This document shows, piece after piece, positions 1-10,136 of a stretch of 64,000 nt of DNA. The stretch spans positions 8,475-72,474 of the forward strand of contig CAXDRX010000007.1 in assembly GCA_963991985.1 (NCBI GenBank), given 5' to 3'. A model generated the notes under the pieces. It did not search any database and had not been told where the DNA came from. It saw only the letters and a list, made by a program, of their open reading frames with translations. Positions within the stretch are counted from its first letter, which is position 1. Each line of letters begins with the position of its first letter. Source of the stretch: an uncultured bacterium. GTDB lineage: Bacteria > Bacteroidota > Bacteroidia > NS11-12g > UBA9320. The position numbers and the translations under genes were made by a program.

Positions 1-3
1 CCC

Positions 4-468
4 TTGCCAACAATAATGTACCTTTCTTTTATCTTTGAGGCTGTGACAAAATCCTGGAAAGAAAAATTTTTTGGCCCAAAAGCATTTGAAATCAAAACAA
101 CAAAAAATTCCTTTTGGGGACATCCACCAAGCGCCAAAATGTTGATTCCTTCCCCAAAAATTATACAAGAATACATCTACCCCATTGCACATGGTACCGT
201 AAAGGATGTACAAAGAATGCGAAAGGATCTCGCCTCAAAATATGGTGCGGATTTTACATGCCCCCTGACAACAGGTATTTTTTTAAAGATAGTGGCCGAA
301 TACAATCATGAACAAATGATTCAAAATCCTGGGGAGCCCATTTGTCCTTTTTGGAGAGTCATTGACCCCAATGGAAAGTTGTCCGAGAAATTGTCCTTTC
401 CCAAAGATTTTATTCGGCAAAAAAGAGAGGAAGAAAAACAACATCTAACCAACAATCAAAACAAATAA
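4..468 (+). CDS. Hypothetical protein, possibly an MGMT/alkyltransferase-like (ATL) fold; may be 5'-truncated by the window edge
   Basis: The C-terminal motif ICPFWRVIDPNGKLS resembles the P-W/C-H-R-V-(I/V)..G..S helix of YbaZ/ATL proteins, with no catalytic Cys. The ORF starts on TTG at nt 4, so it may continue upstream. Confidence 0.3.
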   Translation: MPTIMYLSFIFEAVTKSWKEKFFGPKAFEIKTTKNSFWGHPPSAKMLIPSPKIIQEYIYPIAHGTVKDVQRMRKDLASKYGADFTCPLTTGIFLKIVAEYNHEQMIQNPGEPICPFWRVIDPNGKLSEKLSFPKDFIRQKREEEKQHLTNNQNK

Positions 469-535
469 CTTTACTTTATTTTCTATTTTGTTTACTTCTT
501 CCACCGATATGCCAAAATTCTTCAAGCCACACCAT

Positions 536-1648
536 ATGAGGTTTCATGTTTTCCTTGGACTCTTTTTGCTATCCTCTCTCGCCTTTGCCCAACTCGACAG
601 CATTTTCGACCAAGGGGAGTACCGAACTTTTCTTGTTCATTTGCCCCAGGGGCATTCCTCCAACCAGCAGTATCCTATTGTCTTGAGTTTGCATGGACTC
701 GCCTCCAATGCCAGGCAACAACAATCCCTTACACAATTCAATTCGGTGGCGGACTCTTTTGGATTTTTGGTGGTTTACCCCAATGGGACACCCATCCCAA
801 AGGGCTCCAATTCGTGGTCCACAGTGGGCAACAACGATGCTGATTTTCTTTCTCACCTGGTAGATTCTATTCGGGCGGTTTACCCCACCAACGATTGCCT
901 TTTCGTTATGGGTATGTCGCAAGGCGGATTTATGACCTATAAATTTGCCAATACCACAAAACACAGCGTCGCAGGCATAGCGGTAGGTTCTGGGAATATG
1001 TCCAAGGCACTCCAAAGAGTGTCAACATCGGCGCCACGCATTCCTGTATTGCATTTTCACGGAACTGCCGACAGTGTGGTCCCCTTTGCCGGAACACCCC
1101 CTCTGATTCCTCCTGTAGACAGCACCATTCAATGGTGGATAAAACACAACCAGTGCAGTACCAAGCCCATTTTCTCAAGCCTACCCAATACATCTCTGAC
1201 AGATAGTTCTAAGGTGGAAAGATATGAATACCGAGGAGGGACCAATGCAAGCAATGTAACCTTTTACAAAGTGCTGAATGGCGGACATACGTGGAGCGGT
1301 TCAACATCCATTCCTATTTTTGGACATTCCAACCAAGACATCCATCAGAGCAATATTATTGGCAATTTTTTTAACGCTATTTGCTCAAAGACCTCGGATT
1401 TGCAAAACCTTTGCATTGCAAATTCTTTGCATCTTTTTCCCAACCCTAGCAACAATCAACTCAATGTGGAAATGATGCTCCCCGGGGAGTATCGCCTGAG
1501 GATTTCCGACTTTTTGGGAAAAATTTTGATCGACATTCCGATGGGCAACAAGGCACAAATTGACATGACCAACTTTAAAAGAGGCATTTATCGGGTAAGG
1601 GTAGATTCAGACACGTACCATATGTCAAAGAAAATCGTGCTTCAGTAA
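536..1648 (+). CDS. Secreted esterase of the PHB-depolymerase/feruloyl-esterase alpha/beta-hydrolase family with a T9SS type-A C-terminal sorting domain
   Basis: Signal peptide MRFHVFLGLFLLSSLAFAQ; an LHGLASN...GFLVVYPNG...MGMSQGGFMTY serine-hydrolase core; a C-terminal ~75 aa LHLFPNPSNNQLNVEMMLPGEYRLRISDFLGKIL...GIYRVRV matching Por_Secre_tail. The ORF track begins at 488; I prefer the internal Met. Confidence 0.7.
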   Translation: MRFHVFLGLFLLSSLAFAQLDSIFDQGEYRTFLVHLPQGHSSNQQYPIVLSLHGLASNARQQQSLTQFNSVADSFGFLVVYPNGTPIPKGSNSWSTVGNNDADFLSHLVDSIRAVYPTNDCLFVMGMSQGGFMTYKFANTTKHSVAGIAVGSGNMSKALQRVSTSAPRIPVLHFHGTADSVVPFAGTPPLIPPVDSTIQWWIKHNQCSTKPIFSSLPNTSLTDSSKVERYEYRGGTNASNVTFYKVLNGGHTWSGSTSIPIFGHSNQDIHQSNIIGNFFNAICSKTSDLQNLCIANSLHLFPNPSNNQLNVEMMLPGEYRLRISDFLGKILIDIPMGNKAQIDMTNFKRGIYRVRVDSDTYHMSKKIVLQ

Positions 1649-1755
1649 AAACAGATTTGTTCTTTTGTTTGCCCTCCAAGGGGGCCTTCACCAAAAAGAC
1701 TATGTGACAAGCCATTTGTCAGTCAGTTATCGCTTTTAAGCATGCAGGATTGAAA

Positions 1756-1840
1756 TGGTGCCCAGAGCCGGAGTCGAACCGGCACTCCCGAAAGAACTGG
1801 TGTTTGAGACCAGCGCGTCTACCAATTCCGCCATCTGGGC
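1756..1840 (-). tRNA. tRNA-Leu (anticodon CAA), class II with a long variable arm
   Basis: The reverse complement reads GCCCAGATGGCGGAATTGGTAGACGCGCTGGTCTCAAACACCAG...GGTTCGACTCCGGCTCTGGGCACCA. Anticodon loop is CTCAAAC, and CCA is encoded. Confidence 0.85.
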
Positions 1841-1908
1841 AAGAACAATTTCAAAATTGGGATGGCAAAAATAAGGTTTCGCATACAAACAGAAAGAAAA
1901 TTGCTTTT

Positions 1909-3117
1909 TTAAACCCTATTTTCAGAAAAATATTGATCCAAAATAGGCTGAACCGCTTTTAGTTTTACCTCCACACTGGATTGCTTGTTGTGTGGAGACT
2001 CAAACATATAATTGAGCATAATTCTCTCTAAAATGCTACGCAAACCTCGTGCCCCCATCTTCAAATCGACGGTTTTTTCTACGATGGCCTCCAATAATTT
2101 GGGTTCAAAAGTTAAACTTTTCCCCTCCATTTCCATCAGCTTTTGGTATTGTTTTACCAAAGCATTTTTGGGCTCCAACAATATTTTCTGTAGTGCTTTT
2201 GCGCCCAAGTGTTCCAAATGAGTAATCAAAGGCAATCTTCCCAAAATTTCTGGGATCAATCCATAGCTGCGTAAATCTGCAGAAGTAACAAATTCAAGCA
2301 TCTGTTTTTCTTTTTGGATTTCATTGCCTTGTTTGAAACCCACCGCATTTTTATTGATTCGTCTTTGAATTATTTTCTCAATGCCTTCAAAAGCCCCTCC
2401 GCAGATAAACAATATATTTTGCGTATTCACTTTTATGGTGGCCTGATCTGGATGCTTTCGTCCACCTTGAGGAGGAACATTGATTTCTGCACCTTCTAAT
2501 AATTTAAGCAATCCTTGTTGCACCCCTTCTCCAGACACATCTCGGGTGATGCTTGGATTGTCTCCTTTACGGCCAATTTTGTCAATTTCATCGATGTAAA
2601 CAATGCCCATTTCTGCTTTTTTTACTTGGTAATCGGCAGCTTGCAATAGGCGTGTGATGATGCTTTCGATATCTTCTCCAACATATCCTGCTTGCGTAAT
2701 CACGGTAGCGTCAGCCATGGCAAAAGGCACATTGAGCAGTTTTGCCAAACTTTTGGCTAAAAGTGTTTTTCCCGTTCCAGTTTGCCCTACCAAAAGAACA
2801 TTGGATTTCTCAATCTCCACCTCATTGTCATCGTTTTCTTGTTGAAGTCGTTTGTAATGATTGTAAACAGCAACCGACAAGACTTTTTTGGCCAAATCCT
2901 GACCAATCACATATTGATCAAGAAACTTTTTAATGTCTTTGGGCTTGTGAACCTTGGGTTTTACGAATTGGGGGTTTGTCGCTTGATTACTCGATTGTAA
3001 AATACGCTGACTTTGCACCACACATTTTTCACAAATTTTGGCCTCTTTTCCAGCAATGAGAATGTGGGCCTCTGCTTCGATTCGGCCACAAAACGAGCAA
3101 TGGTCTGTATGGCTCAA
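1909..3117 (-). CDS. clpX: ATP-dependent Clp protease ATP-binding subunit ClpX
   Basis: N-terminal C4 zinc finger (CSFCGR...CEKC); Walker [26 protein letters not shown]; 402 aa; immediately downstream of clpP. Confidence 0.95.
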   Translation of the reverse strand: MSHTDHCSFCGRIEAEAHILIAGKEAKICEKCVVQSQRILQSSNQATNPQFVKPKVHKPKDIKKFLDQYVIGQDLAKKVLSVAVYNHYKRLQQENDDNEVEIEKSNVLLVGQTGTGKTLLAKSLAKLLNVPFAMADATVITQAGYVGEDIESIITRLLQAADYQVKKAEMGIVYIDEIDKIGRKGDNPSITRDVSGEGVQQGLLKLLEGAEINVPPQGGRKHPDQATIKVNTQNILFICGGAFEGIEKIIQRRINKNAVGFKQGNEIQKEKQMLEFVTSADLRSYGLIPEILGRLPLITHLEHLGAKALQKILLEPKNALVKQYQKLMEMEGKSLTFEPKLLEAIVEKTVDLKMGARGLRSILERIMLNYMFESPHNKQSSVEVKLKAVQPILDQYFSENRV

Positions 3118-3792
3118 TTATTCTTCTTTGGGTTTGTTTTTGAGCAAAATCTCATCTATCATGCCATATGCTTTAGCTTCGTCAGCGTTCATCCAGTAGT
3201 CACGATCACTGTCTTCGTGAACCTTCTCATAAGTTTGTCCAGAATGATCTGCAATGATTTCGTACAGAGTTTTTTTCATCTTTTTGATTTCGTTCACCGT
3301 AATTTCCATGTCGCTGGCTTGTCCCTGAGCACCTCCCAAAGGTTGATGAATCATGACTCTTGAGTGTTTCAGGGCACTTCGTTTCTTGGGTGCTCCCGCA
3401 CAAAGCAAAACTGCTGCCATGCTGGCCGCCATTCCTGTACAGATGGTGGCAACATCACTACTTATGTATTGCATGGTGTCATAAATCCCTAAACCGGCAT
3501 ATACCGAACCTCCGGGACTGTTCAAATAAATTTGAATATCTCTTTTGGGTGCAGTTGATTCTAAAAACAAAAGTTGGCCCATAATGATATTGGCAACATG
3601 ATCATTGATCGGCACCCCTAAAAAAATGATTCTATCCATCATCAGTCTAGAGAAAATATCAATGGCTTGAACGTTCATTTGTCGTTCTTCTATGATATTG
3701 GGGGTTAGATTATCAATGTAGTGATCAACAAGTGTGCTGCTGATTCCGAGGTGCTTGGTTGCATAGGTTTGAAATTCTTTTCCGAAGTGCAT
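3118..3792 (-). CDS. clpP: ATP-dependent Clp protease proteolytic subunit ClpP
   Basis: NSPGGSVYAGLGIYDTMQYI...TICTGMAASMAAVLLCAGA contains the Ser-His-Asp peptidase S14 core; 224 aa. Confidence 0.95.
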   Translation of the reverse strand: MHFGKEFQTYATKHLGISSTLVDHYIDNLTPNIIEERQMNVQAIDIFSRLMMDRIIFLGVPINDHVANIIMGQLLFLESTAPKRDIQIYLNSPGGSVYAGLGIYDTMQYISSDVATICTGMAASMAAVLLCAGAPKKRSALKHSRVMIHQPLGGAQGQASDMEITVNEIKKMKKTLYEIIADHSGQTYEKVHEDSDRDYWMNADEAKAYGMIDEILLKNKPKEE

Positions 3793-3806
3793 ATTAATGA
3801 TACAAT

Positions 3807-5198
3807 TTAATGGGGTTGCTTGTTTTTTGCTTCATTTCTATTTTTCACAAGTTCATAGAATTTATCGATGGTGAGGGATCTTTCTTTAATGGTAACCATC
3901 TTTTTCGCTTCATTTTTTACTTTTCTTCCGATCACCAAATCTCTTACCCTATTCATATAACCTTCATTTTCTCTGCTCGTTTTCTCAAATTGCTCTATCG
4001 TTGAAGGATCGGGGTTTTGCATTCCGTACTGGCGCAACATGTTCATGGTCATGCTCAAAGAGGCCTCTTTAAATTCTTCCTCTGTTATTTGCAAATCAAA
4101 TTCTTTTACAAATTTTTCCCGTATCAACTGTTTTTTGAGCAATGCAGATTCGTTTTCATATTGCTGATCGATATTCTCTTCGTTGTAATGCTCGTTTTTG
4201 GTAGAAACAAGCCATTTTTTAAGAAAATCATCCGGCAAAAGGACGGTGTGTTTTTTCTCGATCAAATCTTCAATAATTGCATCTAGGAATGCTTCCGACT
4301 CTCCTTGATAATATTTGTTTAGATTGTCTTTTATTTTGGCCAAAAATTCTTCTTCACTTTTGGCAATTCCTTCTCCCAAAACTTTGTCAAATAGTGCTTG
4401 ATTGAGTTCTGCGGGCTCTAGTTTTTTGATGTTGACCACCTCAATTTCAAATTCTGGCCCTAAGTCTTCTACGGCTTCTTTGGGCATGGAAAGCGCTTGT
4501 CCAACAACGGCTTTGTTGTGGTTAAATGCTTCGAAGATGTTCAATTGGGTTTTGTCCCCTTTTTGAATGTTTTTGAATGTTTTTTTAATTTTTTTGCTTT
4601 CAATTACCTCGGGCAAAAAAGTAACTTCTTTTTCGGACAAACCACCCTCCAAAACCTTACCATCTTGGTCAAGTTCTGTTAATTTGGCAACAATAGAGTC
4701 GTTTTCAGTGCTTGCAGTTTCTACTTCCACCAATTCTCCGTATTGCCTTTTGATGCTCTCCAACTCCTTGTCGATTGCTTTTTTGTCTAGTTTCAATTTA
4801 AACTTTTCTACTTTGTCACTGGTATTTAAATTCAAATCGATTTTGGGCACCAGTCCCAAATCAAAATGGAGGTCAAAATCTGGTTCTTTGAGAAGATCTT
4901 GTTTTTCATTTTTATCCTCCTGTGCCATCGGCTGTCCAAGAATGTCCAACTGATTTTCTTTGATGTATTGATATACTGCATCCGAGGCAATTTTATTTAC
5001 CTCTTCGGCGATAATACTCTCACCTACCATTTTTTTGAGCATACCCATCGGGACATGTCCCTGACGGAAACCAGGAATTTTGGCCTTGTTGCGGTAGTTC
5101 TTGAGTTGTTCTTGAACCTTTTCTTGATAATCTTCTTTGCCAATATGTATTGACAAGCAAGCGTTTAAGTCGTCTATTCTCTCGAATTTTGTTTCCAA
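3807..5198 (-). CDS. tig: Trigger factor (ribosome-associated PPIase chaperone)
   Basis: 463 aa acidic, coiled protein upstream of clpP-clpX in the canonical tig-clpP-clpX order; N-terminal ribosome-binding region and FKBP-like middle domain. Confidence 0.85.
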   Translation of the reverse strand: METKFERIDDLNACLSIHIGKEDYQEKVQEQLKNYRNKAKIPGFRQGHVPMGMLKKMVGESIIAEEVNKIASDAVYQYIKENQLDILGQPMAQEDKNEKQDLLKEPDFDLHFDLGLVPKIDLNLNTSDKVEKFKLKLDKKAIDKELESIKRQYGELVEVETASTENDSIVAKLTELDQDGKVLEGGLSEKEVTFLPEVIESKKIKKTFKNIQKGDKTQLNIFEAFNHNKAVVGQALSMPKEAVEDLGPEFEIEVVNIKKLEPAELNQALFDKVLGEGIAKSEEEFLAKIKDNLNKYYQGESEAFLDAIIEDLIEKKHTVLLPDDFLKKWLVSTKNEHYNEENIDQQYENESALLKKQLIREKFVKEFDLQITEEEFKEASLSMTMNMLRQYGMQNPDPSTIEQFEKTSRENEGYMNRVRDLVIGRKVKNEAKKMVTIKERSLTIDKFYELVKNRNEAKNKQPH

Positions 5199-5232
5199 CG
5201 GAGTTGTTATTTTAAGAATATTTGAGAAGAAG

Positions 5233-5314
5233 TGCGGGTAGAGAGAGTCGAACTCACACGCCTCGCGGCACTAGATCCTAAATCTAGCGTGTCTACCAAT
5301 TCCACCATACCCGC
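5233..5314 (-). tRNA. tRNA-Leu (anticodon TAG), class II
   Basis: The reverse complement reads GCGGGTATGGTGGAATTGGTAGACACGCTAGATTTAGGATCTAG...GAGTTCGACTCTCTCTACCCGCA. Anticodon loop is TTTAGGA, and CCA is not encoded. Confidence 0.85.
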
Positions 5315-5350
5315 TTCCTTCAAAAGGGTGGCAAATATAAGTTTCTTTTG

Positions 5351-6943
5351 TTATTCCTTATCCAACTTAAAAGATGAATTTTCATGGAAAGTAATCTCAG
5401 GGTTGTTTGTTTTGGCCATTTGTAAAATATAGGCTGTTTGTGCAAGGAAAACTTTGTTTCCATCTTTGTCCAACACAATATCTTTATAACGGTATTTGCA
5501 GAAATCATCTATTTTATTCTGATTACCTGTCATCCAACAAGCTTTAAAATAGCTTAGCGCATCAAGTCGTGTTTTTGCTCCATATTCGTGCTCTAGCCTG
5601 TATTTTATCACGTCAAATTGCAGTTCTCCTACGACACCAATAAACTTCCTGTTTCCTGGTTGTTGGGAAAACATTTGAGCAACACCCTCATCGGTAAGTT
5701 GTTCCACACCCTTGGCCAATTGCTTACTTTTCATCGGGTCGAGATTGATCACCTCTTTGAAAATTTCAGGCGAAAAACTTGGCATCCCTTTGAAGTAAAT
5801 GACCTCACCTTCGGTAAGCGTATCTCCTATTTTAAAATTTCCTGTATCATAAAGCCCAACTACGTCTCCGGGAAATGCCTCCTCGATAACATTTTTACTT
5901 TGCGCCAAAAAATTGTAGGGATTGCTAAACCTTACTTTTTTATTGAGCCGAACATGTTGATAGAATTTGTTTCGTTCAAACTTTCCGGAACAAACGCGCA
6001 GGAATGCGATTCTATCTCGATGCTTCGGGTCAAGATTTGCGTGGATTTTGAATATAAAACCTGAAAACCTTTTTTCATTCGGGTTAACCATTCTTACATC
6101 TGTGGTTCTTGGCTTTGGGCTCGGAGCAATTCTGATGAAGGTATTTAGCAATTCTTCAATGCCAAAGTTGTTTAGCGCAGATCCAAAAAAAACAGGGGCC
6201 AGATCTCCATCTCGGTATTTTTTTTCATCAAATTTTTCGTAGACTCCTTCTATTAAATCTACATCCTCCCTTAGTTTTTTGGCATCCTCAAGGCCAATTG
6301 TTTCGTCTAAAGTTGAATCTTGTATATCGTCTACACCGATCAAATCTTCTGCAGCTGTTTTTTTGGTTTTATTGCTCTGAAACAAATTAAGGGAATGGTT
6401 GTAAAGCAGATAGACTCCTTTGAAATCAGACCCTCCATTGATCGGCCAACTCAACGGTCGAACATCGATTTGGAGTTCCTCTTCAATTTCGTCCAAGAGA
6501 TCAAACGGATCTTTTCCGTCTCGGTCCAGTTTGTTGATAAAAACGATTACCGGAGTTTTTCTCATTCGGCATACATGCATCAATTTACGTGTTTGTTCTT
6601 CAACACCTTTCACACAATCAATCACCAAAATCACACTATCTACAGCTGTCAATGTTCGATAGGTATCTTCTGCAAAATCTTTGTGACCAGGAGTATCCAA
6701 AATATTGATCAAATTGGTTTTGTACTTGAATGCCAAAACAGAAGTGGCCACAGAAATTCCTCTTTGTTTTTCAATTTCCATAAAATCTGAAGCCGCGGTT
6801 TTTTTAATTTTATTGCTTTTCACAGCACCAGCCGTTTGAATGGCACCGCCGAAAAGAAGGAATTTCTCGGTGAGCGTGGTTTTACCTGCATCAGGATGAC
6901 TTACAATCCCAAAGGTTTTTCTTTTGGCTATTTGATCTATCAT
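5351..6943 (-). CDS. prfC: Peptide chain release factor 3
   Basis: GTPase motifs [20 protein letters not shown] and the RF3 C-terminal domains. The ORF track extends to 7051, but homology begins at [13 protein letters not shown], giving 530 aa. Confidence 0.9.
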   Translation of the reverse strand: MIDQIAKRKTFGIVSHPDAGKTTLTEKFLLFGGAIQTAGAVKSNKIKKTAASDFMEIEKQRGISVATSVLAFKYKTNLINILDTPGHKDFAEDTYRTLTAVDSVILVIDCVKGVEEQTRKLMHVCRMRKTPVIVFINKLDRDGKDPFDLLDEIEEELQIDVRPLSWPINGGSDFKGVYLLYNHSLNLFQSNKTKKTAAEDLIGVDDIQDSTLDETIGLEDAKKLREDVDLIEGVYEKFDEKKYRDGDLAPVFFGSALNNFGIEELLNTFIRIAPSPKPRTTDVRMVNPNEKRFSGFIFKIHANLDPKHRDRIAFLRVCSGKFERNKFYQHVRLNKKVRFSNPYNFLAQSKNVIEEAFPGDVVGLYDTGNFKIGDTLTEGEVIYFKGMPSFSPEIFKEVINLDPMKSKQLAKGVEQLTDEGVAQMFSQQPGNRKFIGVVGELQFDVIKYRLEHEYGAKTRLDALSYFKACWMTGNQNKIDDFCKYRYKDIVLDKDGNKVFLAQTAYILQMAKTNNPEITFHENSSFKLDKE

Positions 6944-6980
6944 ATTGCCTATGCGAATGTAAGAAATTGAGTATTTTCGT

Positions 6981-7619
6981 TTGCCTATGAGAAACCTTGT
7001 TTTTTTAATTGCTGTTCTTGGTGTATGTTCGTGCGGTATTATCCAAACCAAAAAATTAGTAAAGCAGATGGATTTAAATGATGGACTTTATGCCGAAATG
7101 AAAACGGGTGCTGGTGACATAATGATTCGGTTACATTTTGAACAAACACCTTTGACCGTTGCCAATTTTGTAGGTCTTGCCGAGGGAAAAATTGAAAATG
7201 CTGCCAAACCCCTTGGGGAACCTTATTACGACGGGTTAAAATTTCACAGAGTGATCAGTGTTGCCAATGGAGATGGACAAGATTTCATGATTCAAGGTGG
7301 CGACCCAGAAGGTACAGGAAGAGGCGGTCCCGGCTATCAATTTAAGGATGAGTTTGTGCCGAGTTTGAAACACGACAAACCAGGAATTTTAAGTATGGCC
7401 AATGCAGGGCCAGGAACAAATGGAAGCCAATTTTTTATTACCATTACTGAAACGCCTTGGTTGGACAACCGTCATTCTGTTTTTGGAGAAGTTGTTCATG
7501 GCCAAGAAATTGTTTCCGGGATAAAGCAGGGTGAAACCATAAACCAGGTAGTCATTCATCGCGTGGGTAAAAGCGCAAAAGCCTTTGATGCGGCAAAAAC
7601 CTTCGAGAGTTTAAGGTAA
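6981..7619 (+). CDS. Cyclophilin-type peptidyl-prolyl cis-trans isomerase with signal peptide (lipoprotein-like)
   Basis: FHRVI...[19 protein letters not shown]...H...[19 protein letters not shown] cyclophilin signature; N-terminal [11 protein letters not shown]. Confidence 0.9.
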   Translation: MPMRNLVFLIAVLGVCSCGIIQTKKLVKQMDLNDGLYAEMKTGAGDIMIRLHFEQTPLTVANFVGLAEGKIENAAKPLGEPYYDGLKFHRVISVANGDGQDFMIQGGDPEGTGRGGPGYQFKDEFVPSLKHDKPGILSMANAGPGTNGSQFFITITETPWLDNRHSVFGEVVHGQEIVSGIKQGETINQVVIHRVGKSAKAFDAAKTFESLR

Positions 7620-7652
7620 ACCATTTGAGGCATTCATTGGTTTTTCAAATAG

Positions 7653-8105
7653 TTGACTTTAGTATTCTCCACAAAACTCCCCTATTCCATGCATTGGGTT
7701 TTCTCTAAGCTGAACAAAGAAATGTTTGAAGCTTTGCAACCGCCCAATTTTCTTGCCAAAATAGAATCTTATGGAGGCGAACAAGTTGGAGATACTGTTT
7801 GTGTTTTTTTGAGAGGAATACGGCAGAAAATGAAAGTTAGAATTAGCGAACGACGCCTAACTGAAAATCATTGCTATTTTGTCGATAGAGGTGAGGTTTT
7901 GCCCTTAGGACTGAGTGCATGGCAACACAAACACCACGTCTATAAGCATGGTGAAAACCAAAGTATACTTACCGATGAAATATTTTTGGATCATCCTTCC
8001 ATTGTTGGTCGTTATTTAAGCTTTGCCGTGGTAAAACTATTTTTGGTTTTGAGATCTTTTCAATACCGCATATATTTTAAAAAATCATGGAAAAGCAGCA
8101 AGTAA
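7653..8105 (+). CDS. Hypothetical protein, possibly an SRPBCC-like small ligand-binding fold
   Basis: 150 aa ORF (or 138 aa from Met13) with no recognisable catalytic motif; tightly linked to the next two genes. Confidence 0.35.
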   Translation: MTLVFSTKLPYSMHWVFSKLNKEMFEALQPPNFLAKIESYGGEQVGDTVCVFLRGIRQKMKVRISERRLTENHCYFVDRGEVLPLGLSAWQHKHHVYKHGENQSILTDEIFLDHPSIVGRYLSFAVVKLFLVLRSFQYRIYFKKSWKSSK

Positions 8106-8914
8106 AATTCAAAGGTGCTAAGGAAAAAAATATCCATTTGGATTTTTATCACAATCCCAAAATTGTTTCAAAAGCATTGGTTCTGTTTGTGCACGGATTC
8201 AAAGGCTTTAAGGATTGGGGACCTTGGGAACTGATGAGCAACAATTTTGTGAAGGCGGGATTTGCCTTTGCAAAATTCAACTTTTCTTTCAACGGAATCG
8301 AGGATAATCCAGAAGAAATAACAGATCTGGAAAGCTTTTCAGAAAATAATTTAAGTACTGAAATTCAAGAACTGGGAATTGTTTTGGATGAATTGAAAAA
8401 TTTGGCATTCAATGAAATTTTTGGCAATAAAATTTATCTCATTGGACATAGTAAGGGTGGTGGTTTGGCCATTTTAAATGCAGTCTATGACCAAAGGATA
8501 GAAAAAGTGGCTTCGTGGGCAGGAGTTTGTAGCTTTAATAGATTTGCTGCACATGAAAGTCCCAAAAAATGGAAAGAAGACGGCAAAATATATTTACCAA
8601 ACAAACGAACAGGTCAATTATTTCCGGTAAAATATCAATATTACGAAGATTATCATGCCAACAAAGACAAACTTGATATCCTAGTACAAGCAAGAAAGTT
8701 TGACAAACCTCTATTGCTTGTGCATGGGACCAAGGACGAAACCGTACCCTTGAAAGAAGCAAAAAGGCTCAACGAAGTCATACCTCAATCCATTTTAATT
8801 GAAATAGAGGGTGCCAACCATGTTTTTGGATCATATCATAAATTCCTAGAAGATGAACTGCCTGATGACTTAAAACAAGTTGTAGAAGAAACCATTGAAT
8901 TTTTTGACTTATAA
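8087..8914 (+). CDS. Alpha/beta-fold hydrolase (dienelactone hydrolase / S9-like)
   Basis: GxSxG nucleophile elbow LIGHSKGGGLAILNA; later D and H (LLLVHGTKDETVP, GANHVF); 275 aa. Confidence 0.7.
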   Translation: MEKQQVKFKGAKEKNIHLDFYHNPKIVSKALVLFVHGFKGFKDWGPWELMSNNFVKAGFAFAKFNFSFNGIEDNPEEITDLESFSENNLSTEIQELGIVLDELKNLAFNEIFGNKIYLIGHSKGGGLAILNAVYDQRIEKVASWAGVCSFNRFAAHESPKKWKEDGKIYLPNKRTGQLFPVKYQYYEDYHANKDKLDILVQARKFDKPLLLVHGTKDETVPLKEAKRLNEVIPQSILIEIEGANHVFGSYHKFLEDELPDDLKQVVEETIEFFDL

Positions 8915-10132
8915 ATGACCCATAAGCGAGTAGCCATTATCGGAGCGGGGATGTCTGGACTTACCGCAGCCCTTCACCTTAAACGTTCAAAAATAGCTTT
9001 TGATGTTTATGAGAAATCTGCGGAAGTTGGTGGTAGAATAAAATCAGAAATCGTTGAGGGTTTGATTGTCGACCATGGTTTTCAGATTTTTTTGACTTCT
9101 TATCCTGAGGCGCTTAATGTGGTAAATTACGCCACTCTCGATCTAATTCCCTTAAAAAAAGCTTTTGTATTGTGCAAGAACCGAAAAAAATATTTTTTGG
9201 AATACCCCGATGGCAGTTACCAACAGGTGATAAAAATGATCCGTTACTCGTTTATGGATTTGAAGTCCATCTGGAATATGATTAAAATGGTGGTTTATCT
9301 GAGAAGCACTAGCTTAAAGAAGATTTTTGATCAGCCCGACATCCCAACAGAAGAATTTCTCCGCAAAAAAGGGTTTTCCAAAGTTTTTATTGAACATACA
9401 TTACAACCCTTTTTAAAAGGTATCTTTTTGGAAAATCAATTGAAAACATCTAGTAAGGTATTTCAATATGTTTTGAAAATGATGCTGGCAGGAAGCGTTG
9501 TGGTTCCAAGTAATGGCATCGGAGCTATTCCAAAACAGTTGTTTCATAGTATTGGAAAAAATCATTTTCATTTTTTTAAAACCGTTAAAAAAATAAATGA
9601 TGACGAAATTCTTTTTGAAGACGGCCAGGTCATCAATGCTGATTTTATTATTGACACAAGACCTCAATCCCCCATTGCGCCCGCAAACCAAAATAGTCTA
9701 TTTGTATTTGTCACGCCAAAAAAAGTTCTCCCATCTTATGACCTTGCTGTTTTTGAAAACAATGATTTGGGCATCAGCAATTTAATTCAATTCAGCAATT
9801 TTTATAAAAATTCAAAACAGGAAGAATACGTGGGTATTTCTGTCAACAATACGATAGAAAAAAACCGGAAATTGAGACCAGAAAAATTGTTGACCTATAT
9901 TCAACAATATTTTGATACAAGCCATTGGAAATGGATAAAAACACATCATATCCCCTACGGCCTGAACAATCAAGAGAAGGTTACTTATTCCAACAGAAAA
10001 AAAGTGCTTTCACAAAAAAGCAGATATTACCAGGCCGGCGACTGGATGCTTTATGGGTCTAGCAATGCAGCAATTCACAGCGGGAAATGGGTCGCAGAAG
10101 CCATCATTCAAAGAATTCAGGCAGGCGATTAA
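8915..10132 (+). CDS. NAD(P)/FAD-dependent oxidoreductase (amine-oxidase / protoporphyrinogen-oxidase-like Rossmann fold)
   Basis: N-terminal dinucleotide-binding motif VAIIGAGMSGLTAALHL...YEKSAEVGGRI; 405 aa; starts 1 nt after the preceding hydrolase. Confidence 0.65.
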   Translation: MTHKRVAIIGAGMSGLTAALHLKRSKIAFDVYEKSAEVGGRIKSEIVEGLIVDHGFQIFLTSYPEALNVVNYATLDLIPLKKAFVLCKNRKKYFLEYPDGSYQQVIKMIRYSFMDLKSIWNMIKMVVYLRSTSLKKIFDQPDIPTEEFLRKKGFSKVFIEHTLQPFLKGIFLENQLKTSSKVFQYVLKMMLAGSVVVPSNGIGAIPKQLFHSIGKNHFHFFKTVKKINDDEILFEDGQVINADFIIDTRPQSPIAPANQNSLFVFVTPKKVLPSYDLAVFENNDLGISNLIQFSNFYKNSKQEEYVGISVNNTIEKNRKLRPEKLLTYIQQYFDTSHWKWIKTHHIPYGLNNQEKVTYSNRKKVLSQKSRYYQAGDWMLYGSSNAAIHSGKWVAEAIIQRIQAGD

Positions 10133-10136
10133 AATG

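Noticed and set aside
569-1193. Antisense ORFs (148 aa and 87 aa) inside the esterase gene, and many similar 60-180 aa ORFs opposite clpX, tig, prfC, valS, the RND pump, the 1255-aa and 1316-aa OMP genes (e.g. 4567..4953, 44257..44787, 45934..46335)
   Set aside because: All are fully embedded in long ORFs with clear homology on the other strand, have no start context and show low-complexity composition. I treat them as frame shadows.
1870-1915. AT-rich inverted repeat CCTATTTT...AAAATAGG downstream of clpX as a possible terminator
   Set aside because: The stem is all A/U-rich with a 17-nt loop and is not followed by a U-run on the transcribed strand, so it is too weak to call.
4563-4590. Short tandem duplication tttgaatgtttt x2 inside tig (encodes KTFKNIQK-like repeat)
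   Set aside because: Two copies of about 12 nt in an AT-rich lysine-rich coding stretch. This is in-frame and consistent with ordinary slippage duplication, so it is not a repeat element or regulatory array.
5351-7051. Upstream in-frame extensions of prfC (to 7051), valS (to 16770), greA (from 48386), PorV-like (from 47214), TPR (from 55976), DUF1800 (to 21856)
   Set aside because: In every case the extension overlaps the neighbouring gene or a terminator and lacks family conservation. The internal Met restores the expected protein length and N-terminal motif or signal peptide.
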